DNA from: Octopus vulgaris
Taxonomy: Eukaryota
NCBI GenBank assembly: GCA_951406725.2
Contig: OX597823.1
Location: forward strand, 46,066,001 to 46,130,000
Length of the DNA stretch: 64,000 nt
Reading direction: 5' to 3'
This document shows positions 52,561 to 64,000 of this stretch, piece after piece (the first letter of the stretch is position 1; the number at the start of each line of letters is the position of its first letter). The position numbers and the translations under genes are program-made. The notes beneath the pieces were generated by a model. That model was not told the DNA's origin, searched no databases, and worked only from the letters and a program-made list of their open reading frames with translations.

Positions 52561-53933
52561 AAAACTGTATATACTCGCGTGCGCATTCGTGTATGTGTTT
52601 AGGACACTAACGTACATGCAATATGTTGATGTATACCCGCTTACTGTTTGGGAAAATGTGTAGATACATATATTTATGTAATCGCCTCTAAAACAAAACT
52701 CACAAACAATCTACTCTAATATATTGATTGACATACAAATACATAAAGCAAAATATTATTCTCAAAACGCTACCAAGAATATAATCGCATATATTATTAA
52801 TGGGATGATGTCAACAGAAACACGAATTAATAAGTAAACATACAAAACTGATATATATGTTTTACTGCAATTTATCAAAAGAGTACCAAAGAACTTAAAG
52901 GGATTTTTCCTACATATCGCGAAGTAAAAGTTTTTACGTCTTCAAATACAATCAATAAACTCATCGCGCTTATTACTGCACTCGTATGAACTCAAGGATA
53001 AACTAAGAATTAAGCATATAACAACTAAAGGCAAAAGACCCAATAAGGATATTAGCGTCACTGTATTAACTCTATAAAAATGTTTACTAGAGACCAAATA
53101 TATAAGCCAGAACTCAGATAAATAGATAGAAGGATTAATGAGTACGACAAAAGATGAGGGAAAACATCGTTTGAATTAATCAGTGACTTTAAGCAAGAGT
53201 TTAATAAATATAAAATGAAAATATTCATAAGTCTTGTCGCAAAATAATGTAGGAGTTCTTTGAGATGAGTCTACTTTAAATAATGTTCTTTATTACTTAT
53301 GCTGTAATAAATAACTGTTTTTAATACCTTGTGATTCAACATTCAACTGACTCTCTCTTTTTTATTATTAAATAAATAAATGCTCAACTCTAGAGTTTTT
53401 CGCATGCATGGTTGATATATCTACCTTCCCACTTGAGCCATCAATTCTTCATTTTAGTTTTCAATTGAATTTTTCAGGTTTCAAATATCAGATACTCTCA
53501 GTTAACGAAACAGAAAGCATAAACTTTGAGTCAGTAAAAATATGTCTATGCACAATTTTTTAAAATTTGCAGTGGAACCTGTATACCTGTATCCATTGTG
53601 AGTAATTACACGACAGCTGTATAAGGCATATTTTCTGAGTTTACTGTCAGTGAAATTTGGTTAATATTTCTACAGTTATATATGTTTAGCTTACAATCTC
53701 CTCGACAGGTAGAACGCCAATGATACTAAAACAGGTAGGTTTGTGTTAAGCCTCTGTGCATTCTTTAAGATTTGGGGAGAAATACTTGTTAAGAGATCGT
53801 TAATGCTATTGTTTTAACTAGGAATGATGATATTTCATCATTTTTTATTTATGTGATATATTTCCTATATCGCCAGATTGGTTCTACCTAAATATAACGG
53901 TCTGTTTTATTTAGTTCGTACATAAGAATGTAT

Positions 53934-54278
53934 GGAGGCGCAATGGCCCAGTGGTTAGGGCAGCGGACTCGCGGTTGTAGGAGCGCGGTTTCGGTTCTCA
54001 AACTGGGTGTTCTGAGTGTTTATTGAGCAAAAACACCTAAAGCTCCATGGGGCTTCGGCAGGGGGTGGTGGCGAACCCTACTGTACTTTCACCATAATTT
54101 TCTCTCACTCTTTCTTCCTGTTTCTGTTGTGCCTGTATGTCAAAGGGCTAGCCATGTCACACTCTGTGTTACGCTGAATCTCCCTGAGAATTACGTTAAG
54201 AGTACACGTATCTGTGGAGTGCTCAGCCACTTACACGTTAATTTCACGAACCCTCATCGTCGTGGCCGACCGAGTGTC
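53934..54278 (+). mobile_element. SINE family C (head type 1, tail Y) with 12-bp TSD
   Basis: Full head and tail; acataagaatgt at 53920-53931 and 54282-54293. Confidence 0.9.
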
Positions 54279-54590
54279 ATGACATAAGAATGTGAATTTG
54301 CTATTCCCATTAGCTTGATACTAGATACAACTGTCGTATGCGTATCTGTCCTGTTACGTTAAGTTTCCTAGCATTACATGCCGCTATATTATCAGTTAAG
54401 TTAGGAATCATAGAGTAAGGTACAGACACTGAAGATCTGACAGTATGTATGCTAGTGTGGAAAATTTTCTCGTAGTATTTAAAAATGCTTTCAGAATAGG
54501 TCCTAACGTGAGAGAGTTTTTCTCCTATTTCTAGTTTTAGTTGAGTCAAGTCTATGCGCATATGTGCTAATATTATTAGATTTACTATTA

Positions 54591-54798
54591 AGGCGGCGGA
54601 CTGGCAGAATCGTTAGCACGGCGGGTAAAATGTCCAACGGCATTTCATCCGTCTCGAAGTTATGAGTTCAAATTCCGCCGAGGTCGACTTTGCCTTTAAT
54701 TCTTTCGGATTCGATAAAGTACCAGTCCAGTTCTGAAGTCAATATAAACGACTATCCCCTTCCCCCCAATTTCAACCCTAGTGCCTATAGTAGAAAGG
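54591..54798 (+). mobile_element. SINE family B with perfect 19-bp TSD
   Basis: attattagatttactatta at 54572-54590 and 54799-54817. Confidence 0.9.
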
Positions 54799-56884
54799 AT
54801 TATTAGATTTACTATTATTTATGTGATAATGATGTTATACTCATGGTTACAGCATCTCTGTCTCCTACTCATGTTAGTATTAATGCTACCATTGTAAGAG
54901 GTAATATTGTCATTGTTAGTCTCATAAGATTCAGCTTATAATGATTCAGTTTTTAATGGATAATATAGTTTTATTTTATGTACTTCAAATATATAATACT
55001 TCTGATATTTACATTTATTAAAATTATTATGTCTTTAGAGCCTAAAGTTTTCTATCCGTCAAAATATCAGTGTTAGATCCACTGTGGAGCACTGATGCGA
55101 AGAGGGGTTAGTAAATTTCATAACTTAGTGCTATAGCTACTATATCATCATTCTTTGTACCTATAGGACCTTTCCTATCCTTGTTCCCCAAATCTCTCTC
55201 TACGCTCCTATCATTCGCTTCTTTACTAGAAATATTTCCCTCGGATATTTAGAGTTTATATTTAGTGATATTTATGCACTTAATCTCTTGACTGTATTTA
55301 CATTTTCGTAAGGCCTCGGTGTAATACATTACATTTTCTTGGAAGATTTCCTGATTGGTAGAAATTTTAGATTAATTAACAGATCCGTTTTTAGCTCGTA
55401 TATTAATGCGATGTTAGAGAGCTTAATTAACACCTTGGGCGATTAGATAGCTTATGAATATAGCGCAAGTTTTCGCTTGGCATGCAATGTGAGTAGTGGA
55501 GCTGTATGTTAAGGTCTAGCTTAACGTCAAGAAAGTATACTATAATAGAAAATTAAGTAACTCTCGAGCCCAGGAATAGCTGTGAAAACAGCTTAGAAGA
55601 TCGGGTAAATACCCTTAAAGGGCGTAAAATAGAGGCCAGAAGCCGCTACGGGGAATCGAATCCTGTACTTCTCAATTATCCCGCGTTCGAGGTTTCCTGT
55701 ATTTTCTCGAAAATACCAAGTCACTCAGAGCTTCTAAGCTTGTTTATAAAAATATTCTCCCACAATGTTATATAATCTTTTTTGAAATAAATGGATAAAA
55801 AATCTGCCTGTGCCGAATTTGATGAACCTATAGCTAAATTAAAGTTCGTCTATCGAGAGTTTCTTGTAAAATAATGGCCATCAAAATGAATCTCAATATT
55901 CTTGCTGCTATAATTTTATCAATTTCATATGAATGTATCTTCTTAGAAAATCTCTATAAGAGATGAAAGTAGAAATTATACCCAGAAGCAATGTTTATCG
56001 ATACATCAACATGGCTGTTCCGTAGGAGACGACGTTACTACCGTTTTCAACCTCGGGAGAAGCTTCCTGGAGCTGGGTATCGATGCAATCTGCACCCGAT
56101 ATATATTGCAAGCAGAGGAATGAACCCCTAACATAGTCCAGCGGAGGACGGGATCACCAGACCGTAGAGTTTCAAGCCATTTGTGCCCACCCTCAGTAGT
56201 AAACACCCATTCAATAGAGATAGCAATAATTCGCTCCAGCTTGCAATATGTAGAAAACTAAGCGACAACCAGTCACTGATCTTACAACAAGCAAAGTAGT
56301 TGGTTATCGATTGCTGGAGGAGGCTCCTCCTGGGGTTAAAACTTTACAGCCATATTGATGTGGTGATAAATATATGAATGCATTTTCTCTTAAAAACTGA
56401 TGTTATGTTCACTCTTGCAATTGTAGATTCTTTTGTTGAAACTGTATCTTAACCCATATCATTCCTTTTATTTCTTTCCTATAAATTTGACGCGTGGTTT
56501 TTCATTGCAACTTCTAAATTTCACTGAGGGGATTGGTGTAGCTGACACGCAAATTGTGATGCAATCATCTAAATATGTTATGAAACCTAAGAATCGAGTT
56601 GATGCACATAAGTGATGCAGGCACAAGCACGTCATACACATACACACGCACACAGTCGTACACACACACATTTTCTCGCTCTCTCTCTCTCTCTTTCATA
56701 CACACACACAGACACTCACACACAAACTAATACAAGGATGAGGTAAATAACTGCAGAATATATGATGGATTGATTGATTCTAGTTTCAGCTCACGACCTG
56801 TGGCCATGCTGGGGCACGACGTAAGTTTTTAAGAGAAACCGTTTAACTGTTAAACATCGTTCGACCGTTAAGCATTTTGGAATA

Positions 56885-57262
56885 TTCTTTTATTCTTTAA
56901 TTCTTTTACTTGGTTCAATCATTTGACCGCGGCCATGCTGGAGCAACACCTTTAGTCGCGCAAATCGACCCTAGGACTTATTCTTTGTAAGCCTAGCACT
57001 TATTCTATCGGTTTCTTTTGCCGAACCGCTAAGTTACGGAGACGTAAACATACCAGCATCGGTTGTCAAGCGATGTTGGGGGGGGGGGAGACGCACATAG
57101 ACACACACACACACACACACACACGCATATATACAACGGGATTCTTTCAGATTCTGTCTACCAAATCCACTCACAAAGCTTTGGTTGGTCCACAGTGGGA
57201 CTGAAGCTGGAACCATGTGGTTGGTAAGCAAGCTACTTAGCACACAGCCACTCCTGCACCTA
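56885..57262 (-). mobile_element. SINE family A, near full length
   Basis: Reverse complement of 20275-20704 with internal (CA)n and a deletion in the head. Confidence 0.9.
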
Positions 57263-57828
57263 TGGGAACAAAAATTTCTATTAAATGTACCAAAACATTA
57301 TTAGTTCTCGATCAGTAGTTAGGAAACAACCGTTATGCAAGACTATATAGCGATAAAAGTCATCAAAATTCTGAATATATGACTTCGGTATTTCTTATAT
57401 ATTCAAAATGATTTTCTAGAGTCTAGTAGTTTCGATTTAAAACTAGACACACTTTTGACAAATTTGTATTGACAAATTTATGACATCCTCCACGAATGCC
57501 CAAGGACATTTTTGTTGGTTAAAATCTTAAATAGAAAAGGGCTTTCAATCAACTGGATGTAACAATCTGAAATGGACCAATAACGTCAAATACTTTTATC
57601 CAGTAGACGATCGATTTCGAACGACATAAAATCTTTCATAAACCTACTACAATGTTAAAATAACTGCACAAACGCAACATTTGGATTCATCTAAGATTTT
57701 ATCGGTTAAAATTTGCTATCTCTAGTGTAAAGATTTGTGTTCAACTGAATCTTTAATTTAGCATTAGACCTATTGAATATTTAATACATTTTATGGTTTT
57801 TCGAAAACATCTCGGAAATTAAAGAATA

Positions 57829-58209
57829 TCTCTCTATATATAAACGGCAGTTTGTCTGTCTGCGTGTCTGTGTGTCTGTTAGGTTGTATCCTCACCCTGA
57901 CCACGGCTTTCAACAGATTCTGATGAAACTTGACACACACATAGCCCAATGTCATAATTCAAAACTAACGCAGCGAAAATTTGGAAAGTTCCCCCAGTTC
58001 TGAAAAAAATCGATAAATTCGACATGGGGTCGAGAATCAGAAACACAAACCACAGACTGTCTAGGGGACGCAACTCGACCTTTTTAACTCTCAAAAAATT
58101 TACCATCATTGTTTTTCCATTTTTTTGCTATTTTTTGGCTATAACTCTCTAAAAATGCTTTATAGTTATTTCCCTTACAAACCCGAGCAACGCCGGGCGA
58201 TACTGCTAG
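57829..58209 (+). mobile_element. Non-autonomous Helitron (381 bp)
   Basis: A|TCTCTCTATATATAAACGGC 5' end; 3' GC hairpin cccgagcaacgccggg then CTAG|T; inserted between A and T without TSD. Confidence 0.9.
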
Positions 58210-58443
58210 TTATAGTAAATCAATAAGAGTAAATGAAACATTACAATAAATATTTCTATGCGTAATATTTATAGTTATTATTATTGTTGCCGTTGTTGCT
58301 GTTGTTGCTGCTGCTGCTGCTGTTGCTGTTGCTGCTTCTATTGCTGCTGTTTTTTGTTTAGTAAGATAACATAGAGTTTACAGTGAGATACACAACGATG
58401 ACGATCAAGTGTTGGTAGGATACTGTAATATGTAAGTACCAAA

Positions 58444-59248
58444 GTTGGCGAGCTGGCAGAAACGTTAGCACGCCGGGCGAAATGCTCAGCGGTATTTCGT
58501 CTGCCGTTACGTTGTGAGTTCAAATTCCGCCGATGTCGACTTTGCCATTTATTCTTTCGGGGTCGATAAATTAAGTACCAGTTACGCACTGGGGTCAATG
58601 TAATCGACTTAATCCGTTTGTCTGTCCCTGTTTGTCTCCTCTACGTTTAGCCCCTTGTGGGTAATAAAGAAATAGGTATTTCGTCTGTCGCTACGTTGTG
58701 AGTTCAAATTCCGCCGCAGTCAACTTTGCCTTTCATCCTTTCGGGGTCGATTAAATAAGTACCAGTAACTGGGGTCGATATAATCAACTTAATCAGTTCG
58801 ACTGTCCTTGTTTGTCCTCTCTGTGTTTAGCCCCTTGTGGGTGGTAAAGAAATAGGTATTTTGTCTGCTGTTACGTTCTGAGTTCAAATTCCGCCGAGGT
58901 CGACTTTGCCTTTCATCCTTTCGGGGTCGATAAATTAAGTACCAGATACGCACTGGGGTCGATGTAATCGACTCAATCCCTCTGTCTTCCCTTGTTTGTC
59001 CCTTCTATGTTTAGCCCCTTGTGAGCACTAAAGAAATAGGAAATTTTAGCACGCCGGGCGATATGCTTAACGGTATTTCGTCTTTCTTTACGTAGTGAGT
59101 TCAAATTCCGCCGAGGTTGATTTTGCCTTTCATCCTTTCGGGGTCGATAAACTAAGAACTAGTTGCGCACTGGGGTCGATCTAATCGACTGCCCCCCCCC
59201 CCCCACCCCCCAAAAAAAATTCGGGCCTTGTGCCAAGAGTAGAAAAGT
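58444..59248 (+). mobile_element. SINE family B head-to-tail tetramer with a single 16-bp TSD
   Basis: Units ~58444-58674, 58675-58854, 58855-59040, 59047-59248; atatgtaagtaccaaa at 58428-58443 and 59249-59264. Confidence 0.92.
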
Positions 59249-59389
59249 ATATGTAAGTACCAAATTCAATATAGGCTGTCGATCTGATTCTAAGTTTGGT
59301 TCCGGGAGCGGCCAAAGTATAAAAATAAATAAAAATAAATAAATTATTTAAACTTCATAATTCTCCATTTTATTCCTTTCATCATTTTA

Positions 59390-59432
<43 letters not shown>

Positions 59433-59599
59433 CTTTTAGAAAGTGTTATAGAACTATGGAAAGATTGCTATGAGTCGGAAGAAATAAATTCCCTTCAGCG
59501 TGGCAAAATGTCTTTTTTAGTTAAGAAACTAAATTTAAAAGAGACTACAATTCAGATAAGCCCTTCCTGAAAAAATTTTGAACAAATATATGTACAGAA

Positions 59600-62440
59600 A
59601 TAAATAAGTGTCCAACGCGGTTAAACTATAAACATCTAAAAGAACACAAACACACAAAACTAACTTCTCACTTGGAAGTAAACCACTCTCGATCTAGGAA
59701 TAGGGGCAACTCACCAATAAGAAGTACTAGAAGAAACCAACCAAGTGTTTGGAGTAATTATTTCTCCCCAACAACTAGATATATCCAAGAGACTTTTTCT
59801 ATCCCTCATCGAAGAAAGGCGGCCTACGGAATTCCAACCTGTTTATCCAGACAGCAAATCCAGCCCCCAGTATCTCAAACATAATTAAGAACCACGACAA
59901 TTTATACCAACGACTAAACCTGAACCACGTTCTCTCACACAATTTACCCAGACAACAAAACCAGCCTCCCAGAAATCTTAGTACAATTAATAACAGTGAT
60001 AATTTCTACCAACCACACTACAGTAAACATGTTTTAGACCGAGAGGAGAGAAACAGAGACACATGTTGGAAAAAAGCATGCAGGAAAAACCCAAAGTAAT
60101 AAATTTATCAAAGAAAACGCTCTTTGCAACAAAAATCAGTATACTAGCTAAGGGATTGAAATTTACACCAACCCCACGAATATCTAACTAGAATTAAATT
60201 AAAGACAGTATTTTAGAATTCTGCAGAAAACTATGACTATCAGAAGCACTAACCGACTACGACAACGAAGATGAGTCACTGGTTAAAAACAGAAGTAATT
60301 ACCTTCCACATAAAAGTAGGAACAAAACACTAGATGACTTCTGCGATCATATCCAAAATTTCCCCTACACATCCAATAAACGAAAAATTAATTGAAACCT
60401 CAACAATTTAGAATGGAAAAATCTAATTGAACTACAAAATGACAAAGAACCGATAAAGAAACAGACAAAGGAAGTGCTGTAGTCCTGATGGACACAGAAG
60501 ACTACAAAAACCTAGTATTAACCATGCTAGAAAACGATACATTTTACGAAAAAGTTGTAAACTATAATCAACAAAAATCAATGAAAAATCTTGCATCCTT
60601 AATTCATCTTTTTTACGGCCTACCTAAAATACACAAGAGCAAAATCGTTAATGAAAACTGCAAACAACCACCAGGCAAATACATAAATATCCTAGCGACA
60701 AAAGATTTAAAGTTAAGATCCATTATAGCTGGTCCAGCCTGTGAAACCTATCACCTAAGTAATTTTCTGGACATCCTACTGAAACCATTGCTGAAATACA
60801 ACAAACGTTTCATTAGAGAGGATCTATACATGCTTGAGTACCTACTAAAAACAACTAACGAAGAGGCATTATTGGTTTCCTTCCATGTTATTAATCTTTA
60901 CACCAATATCCCACATGACTATGGAATAGAAGCAACAAAATTGAAAAAGTACCCCGAAGAACTTCCAGAACACATAAACCTTTTTTTTCTCAGAACAATT
61001 ATTTCCTATTTGACGACACCTACTAACGTGAAAAATGCGGAATTGCAATGAGAACGAAAGTAATCCCTGCTCTTGCGAACCTAATAATAGAGCATTTTGA
61101 ATTCACCATAAATGAAGTGTCACTGCAAAAATATGGACATGCATTTCACCATTATATAAGAGAAAACTGGAAAAGATATCTGGATGACCACTTTATAATT
61201 TTGAATGAGACCATTGATGAGACCTGTCTTAGATATTAGAATAAAAAATATCAACGGCCAAACTGTAACTGACATTTATCATAAGCCGATAGACTCGAAA
61301 CAATATCTTCTGTTTGGTTCATACCGCCCGAAACACATCAAAAGGAATATCCCCTTTAATTTAGCAGAAAGGATTTGCACAATAATGTTTGATGAAAATA
61401 CCCGGGACCCCTGTCTTCAAGACCTCAGAAAAACACTGAGAGACAATGTCCACTCTCATTTATACACGATGGAATTAAGCATGGCAAGAAATTAGGCATT
61501 AAAACACTAAGGGAAACAAAACATAACACCACAGCACATCTCAAAACATTACCATGAATATCAACGCACACTACTAGAAATAATGAGGCATAAAACCCTA
61601 TTGCACAGAATTTTCCTATGCTAACTAGGGATCCAAAAATGAACATCATTCCGAAGACTCATAAATTTATCAAATGCAAAAAGCAACACAAATCGCTGAA
61701 AATACTTCTGACAAATGCGAAGCTTTACATAACAACCACGAGGCCATTGGTTAAAAACGTGGACGTCCAAATTGTGGAATATGCCCCAATCTACAGGAAT
61801 GCTCGGAATTCCCATTCAAACAAGGAGAGAGGTTCACAATTAAAACCAACTTCACTTGTGCCTCCGAAGATCTAATTTATGTTATAATTTGTTCAGGTTG
61901 TGGACATACCTATACAGGACAGACAAGTATGGTACTTAGACGGAGAAACACAATACATAAGGAACAGATCCATTTACCACAGTAAAGACAGATTCCTTTG
62001 AGTGAACACATAGAGAGATGTGCAGGTAATATCCATCCCAAACTTCTAAGTTATCCATTACCAGTGTAAAGATAAAATTTCTGTACAAGAACGTTTAAAT
62101 GAAAAAAATACAGAACATGACTAAATATGAATGCATAACCAACTTTAATCTCAGTATATATTTTAATTCATGTTCACATACTTCACTGTAAATATTTCGT
62201 CTCATAACTATAGCTTTTGAGTTTTTGTATATTTATTTCCCCGCTTTTCCAAAAAATTACCTCCCCATTTTCAGAATAATAACGATCAACAATTACCTCC
62301 CCGTATATTTTTCTACCTGTTGATTAATTTCATTCACAAACCCCAATAAACTATATTCATTTGCGTATTTGTTTGACGAATATATTTTCACTCTGAGAGC
62401 TGTGTCACGTATATAACAACGTGAATATAGGGCAATAAGG
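59600..62440 (+). mobile_element. Penelope-like element (Neptune-like), near full length, disrupted
   Basis: VINLS...LAKGLKFTPTP; DKGSAVVLMDTEDY; FYGLPKIHK; VSFHVINLYTNIPH; WKRYLDD; TDIYHKPIDS; linker RPNCGICP; GIY-YIG LIYVIICSGCGHTYTGQT...RR...H; many stops and frameshifts. Confidence 0.92.
62390..62433 (+). ncRNA. Decayed hammerhead-like motif in the PLE 3' repeat
   Basis: ct-CTGA-GA-gctgt...acaac-GTGAA-tatag; expected position downstream of the ORF, but core has indels. Confidence 0.3.
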
Positions 62441-64000
62441 TGTTTGGCTCTTGAAGTCGTGGTTTGGTCAGAGAATAAAGTTAGCTTATAACTAATATTT
62501 CTTTAACTAATCTACATCGCCGTATCTATCCCTATCGCTTTAAATATGATTTTGTAATCAAGGGAAATAATAAAATCCAATTTGGAAATTCAATTTGTAA
62601 TTTGGAAATAAGCACCTAAGGTCAGTGGATAATCACAGTAGATTATCACATGTTTTTAAAAAGGGTATTAGCTACATCACATTTCCTGACATTCTAACAG
62701 CACCCAAATATTAGCCACACATTTAGGTCTACAGACCATTCAGTTTGCTTTCCTTGCTCTAAACAGAAAGCACTATATGTAATATTTCATAAAAAGGTTG
62801 CCGCCCCGAAAGGCATGAGCGTATTCTGAAGTTGATTCGGTATAAAAATGAAGCTTCAAGCTTATATCACAGATATTTATGAGAACCAAGAGTACTATAA
62901 AAGTTAGTAAGATGGAATAAAAATGATATACGCTGCTAAATTTCCTTTAATTTATCCCGTCTTGAACATTTCTTTCTATTCTTTAGATCTGTAATGACTA
63001 AGTACCGATATATGCGTTTACTGTTTCAGTCATACTATAGGTAAATAAAACAATGGGCATTCTCTCTAAATATGTATATTAGATGGCGACAAAAGATACC
63101 TTTATTATGATGATTATGGTCAGCATTATCGTTTATAGTGCCTGTGCTTATTCCAGCTGCCGCTATTTCTGTTTAAATCCGTAATCAGTTTCGTTTCCTC
63201 ATTATTCAACATAAATATTTAGAGATTTTTATGCTTTTCCATCGTATGATATATTTCATTCCTGGAAAAAGACATTAAAATATGTATACTACATTTATTA
63301 GATAAATGCGAAGCATCTGTTACGTATTTCGTATTAATTTGTGATATCCAGATATCCCTCAGGGTAACGTTTAAATATTAAAAGAATAATTGAGAACACT
63401 GTAGTAAAAGTTTATCGTGTATATTTAGCCATTCTAATGAAAGAAGGAAAGTGATATTTAAAGAAGAACAAGCTGTAATTTCTTGGATATCAAACAAGCT
63501 CATAGAAACTATCTCGCTAATTCGTAATGCGTTTCCATGTCAAGAAATAAACAAGGAGAACTGGATAAAAAAGCAATCACGATGTTCTGGAGAGTGGAGT
63601 ATGTTCCTCGGTTAAGCAGACATGCTAAAACTGGAAAGATGTATCTGTTGGTTCGTGCCTCATTAATGGCGGACTTCTGCGTGTCTTAAAACTATTTTAT
63701 CCGGTATGATTTGGCTTTGCAGACATACAAGCATACATGGTGCAAGTCAACTTAAGACCGACTATTATCACTTCATAAACCTACTAAGTCCGTGCAAATG
63801 TTCTTTCCGTGAGTCCAAGAAGTTCTCGTACGAGCATTTGTTTTGAGTGGGTAAAAGTGTTGCACAGAACTGAACCTACGTTTCAGCGATTTCAGCAATA
63901 AAACCAGTGGGACAACAAAGTTTGAGACAACCGGAAACCAACTCCACACTGGGTTTTTCTATACGGGTTTAACTTCTCTTAGAAAGGAATTTTAATGAGA

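Noticed and set aside
58444-59248. CRISPR-like regular repeat
   Set aside because: Units are ~180-230 bp SINE copies with no unique spacers; eukaryotic context, no cas genes.

Overview
Eukaryotic, AT-rich, extremely microsatellite- and transposon-dense genomic DNA with a 100-N assembly gap at 35603-35702. The tRNA-derived SINE families and repeat landscape look like an Octopus (coleoid cephalopod) genome; this is an inference, not a database result. I found no intact protein-coding gene, rRNA, true tRNA or CRISPR array. Most ORFs in the supplied track are microsatellite read-throughs. Supportable content: about 27 copies of three tRNA-derived SINE families (called A, B and C here), decayed Penelope-like elements (PLEs, one near full length at ~59.6-62.4 kb), an R4/Dong-like LINE 5' half, RTE fragments, a pogo-like transposase remnant, two Helitrons and a Merlin-type MITE with an 8-bp TSD. 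Most interesting signals: (1) short (TA)n-embedded repeats carrying a hammerhead-ribozyme-like fold with a non-canonical CUGUAGA core, alongside other PLE-type hammerheads; (2) a head-to-tail SINE tetramer inside one perfect 16-bp TSD; (3) a CCCH zinc-finger fragment captured inside a SINE's internal microsatellite; (4) modular head/tail shuffling among SINEs. All translations and alignments were done by eye, so boundaries are approximate.
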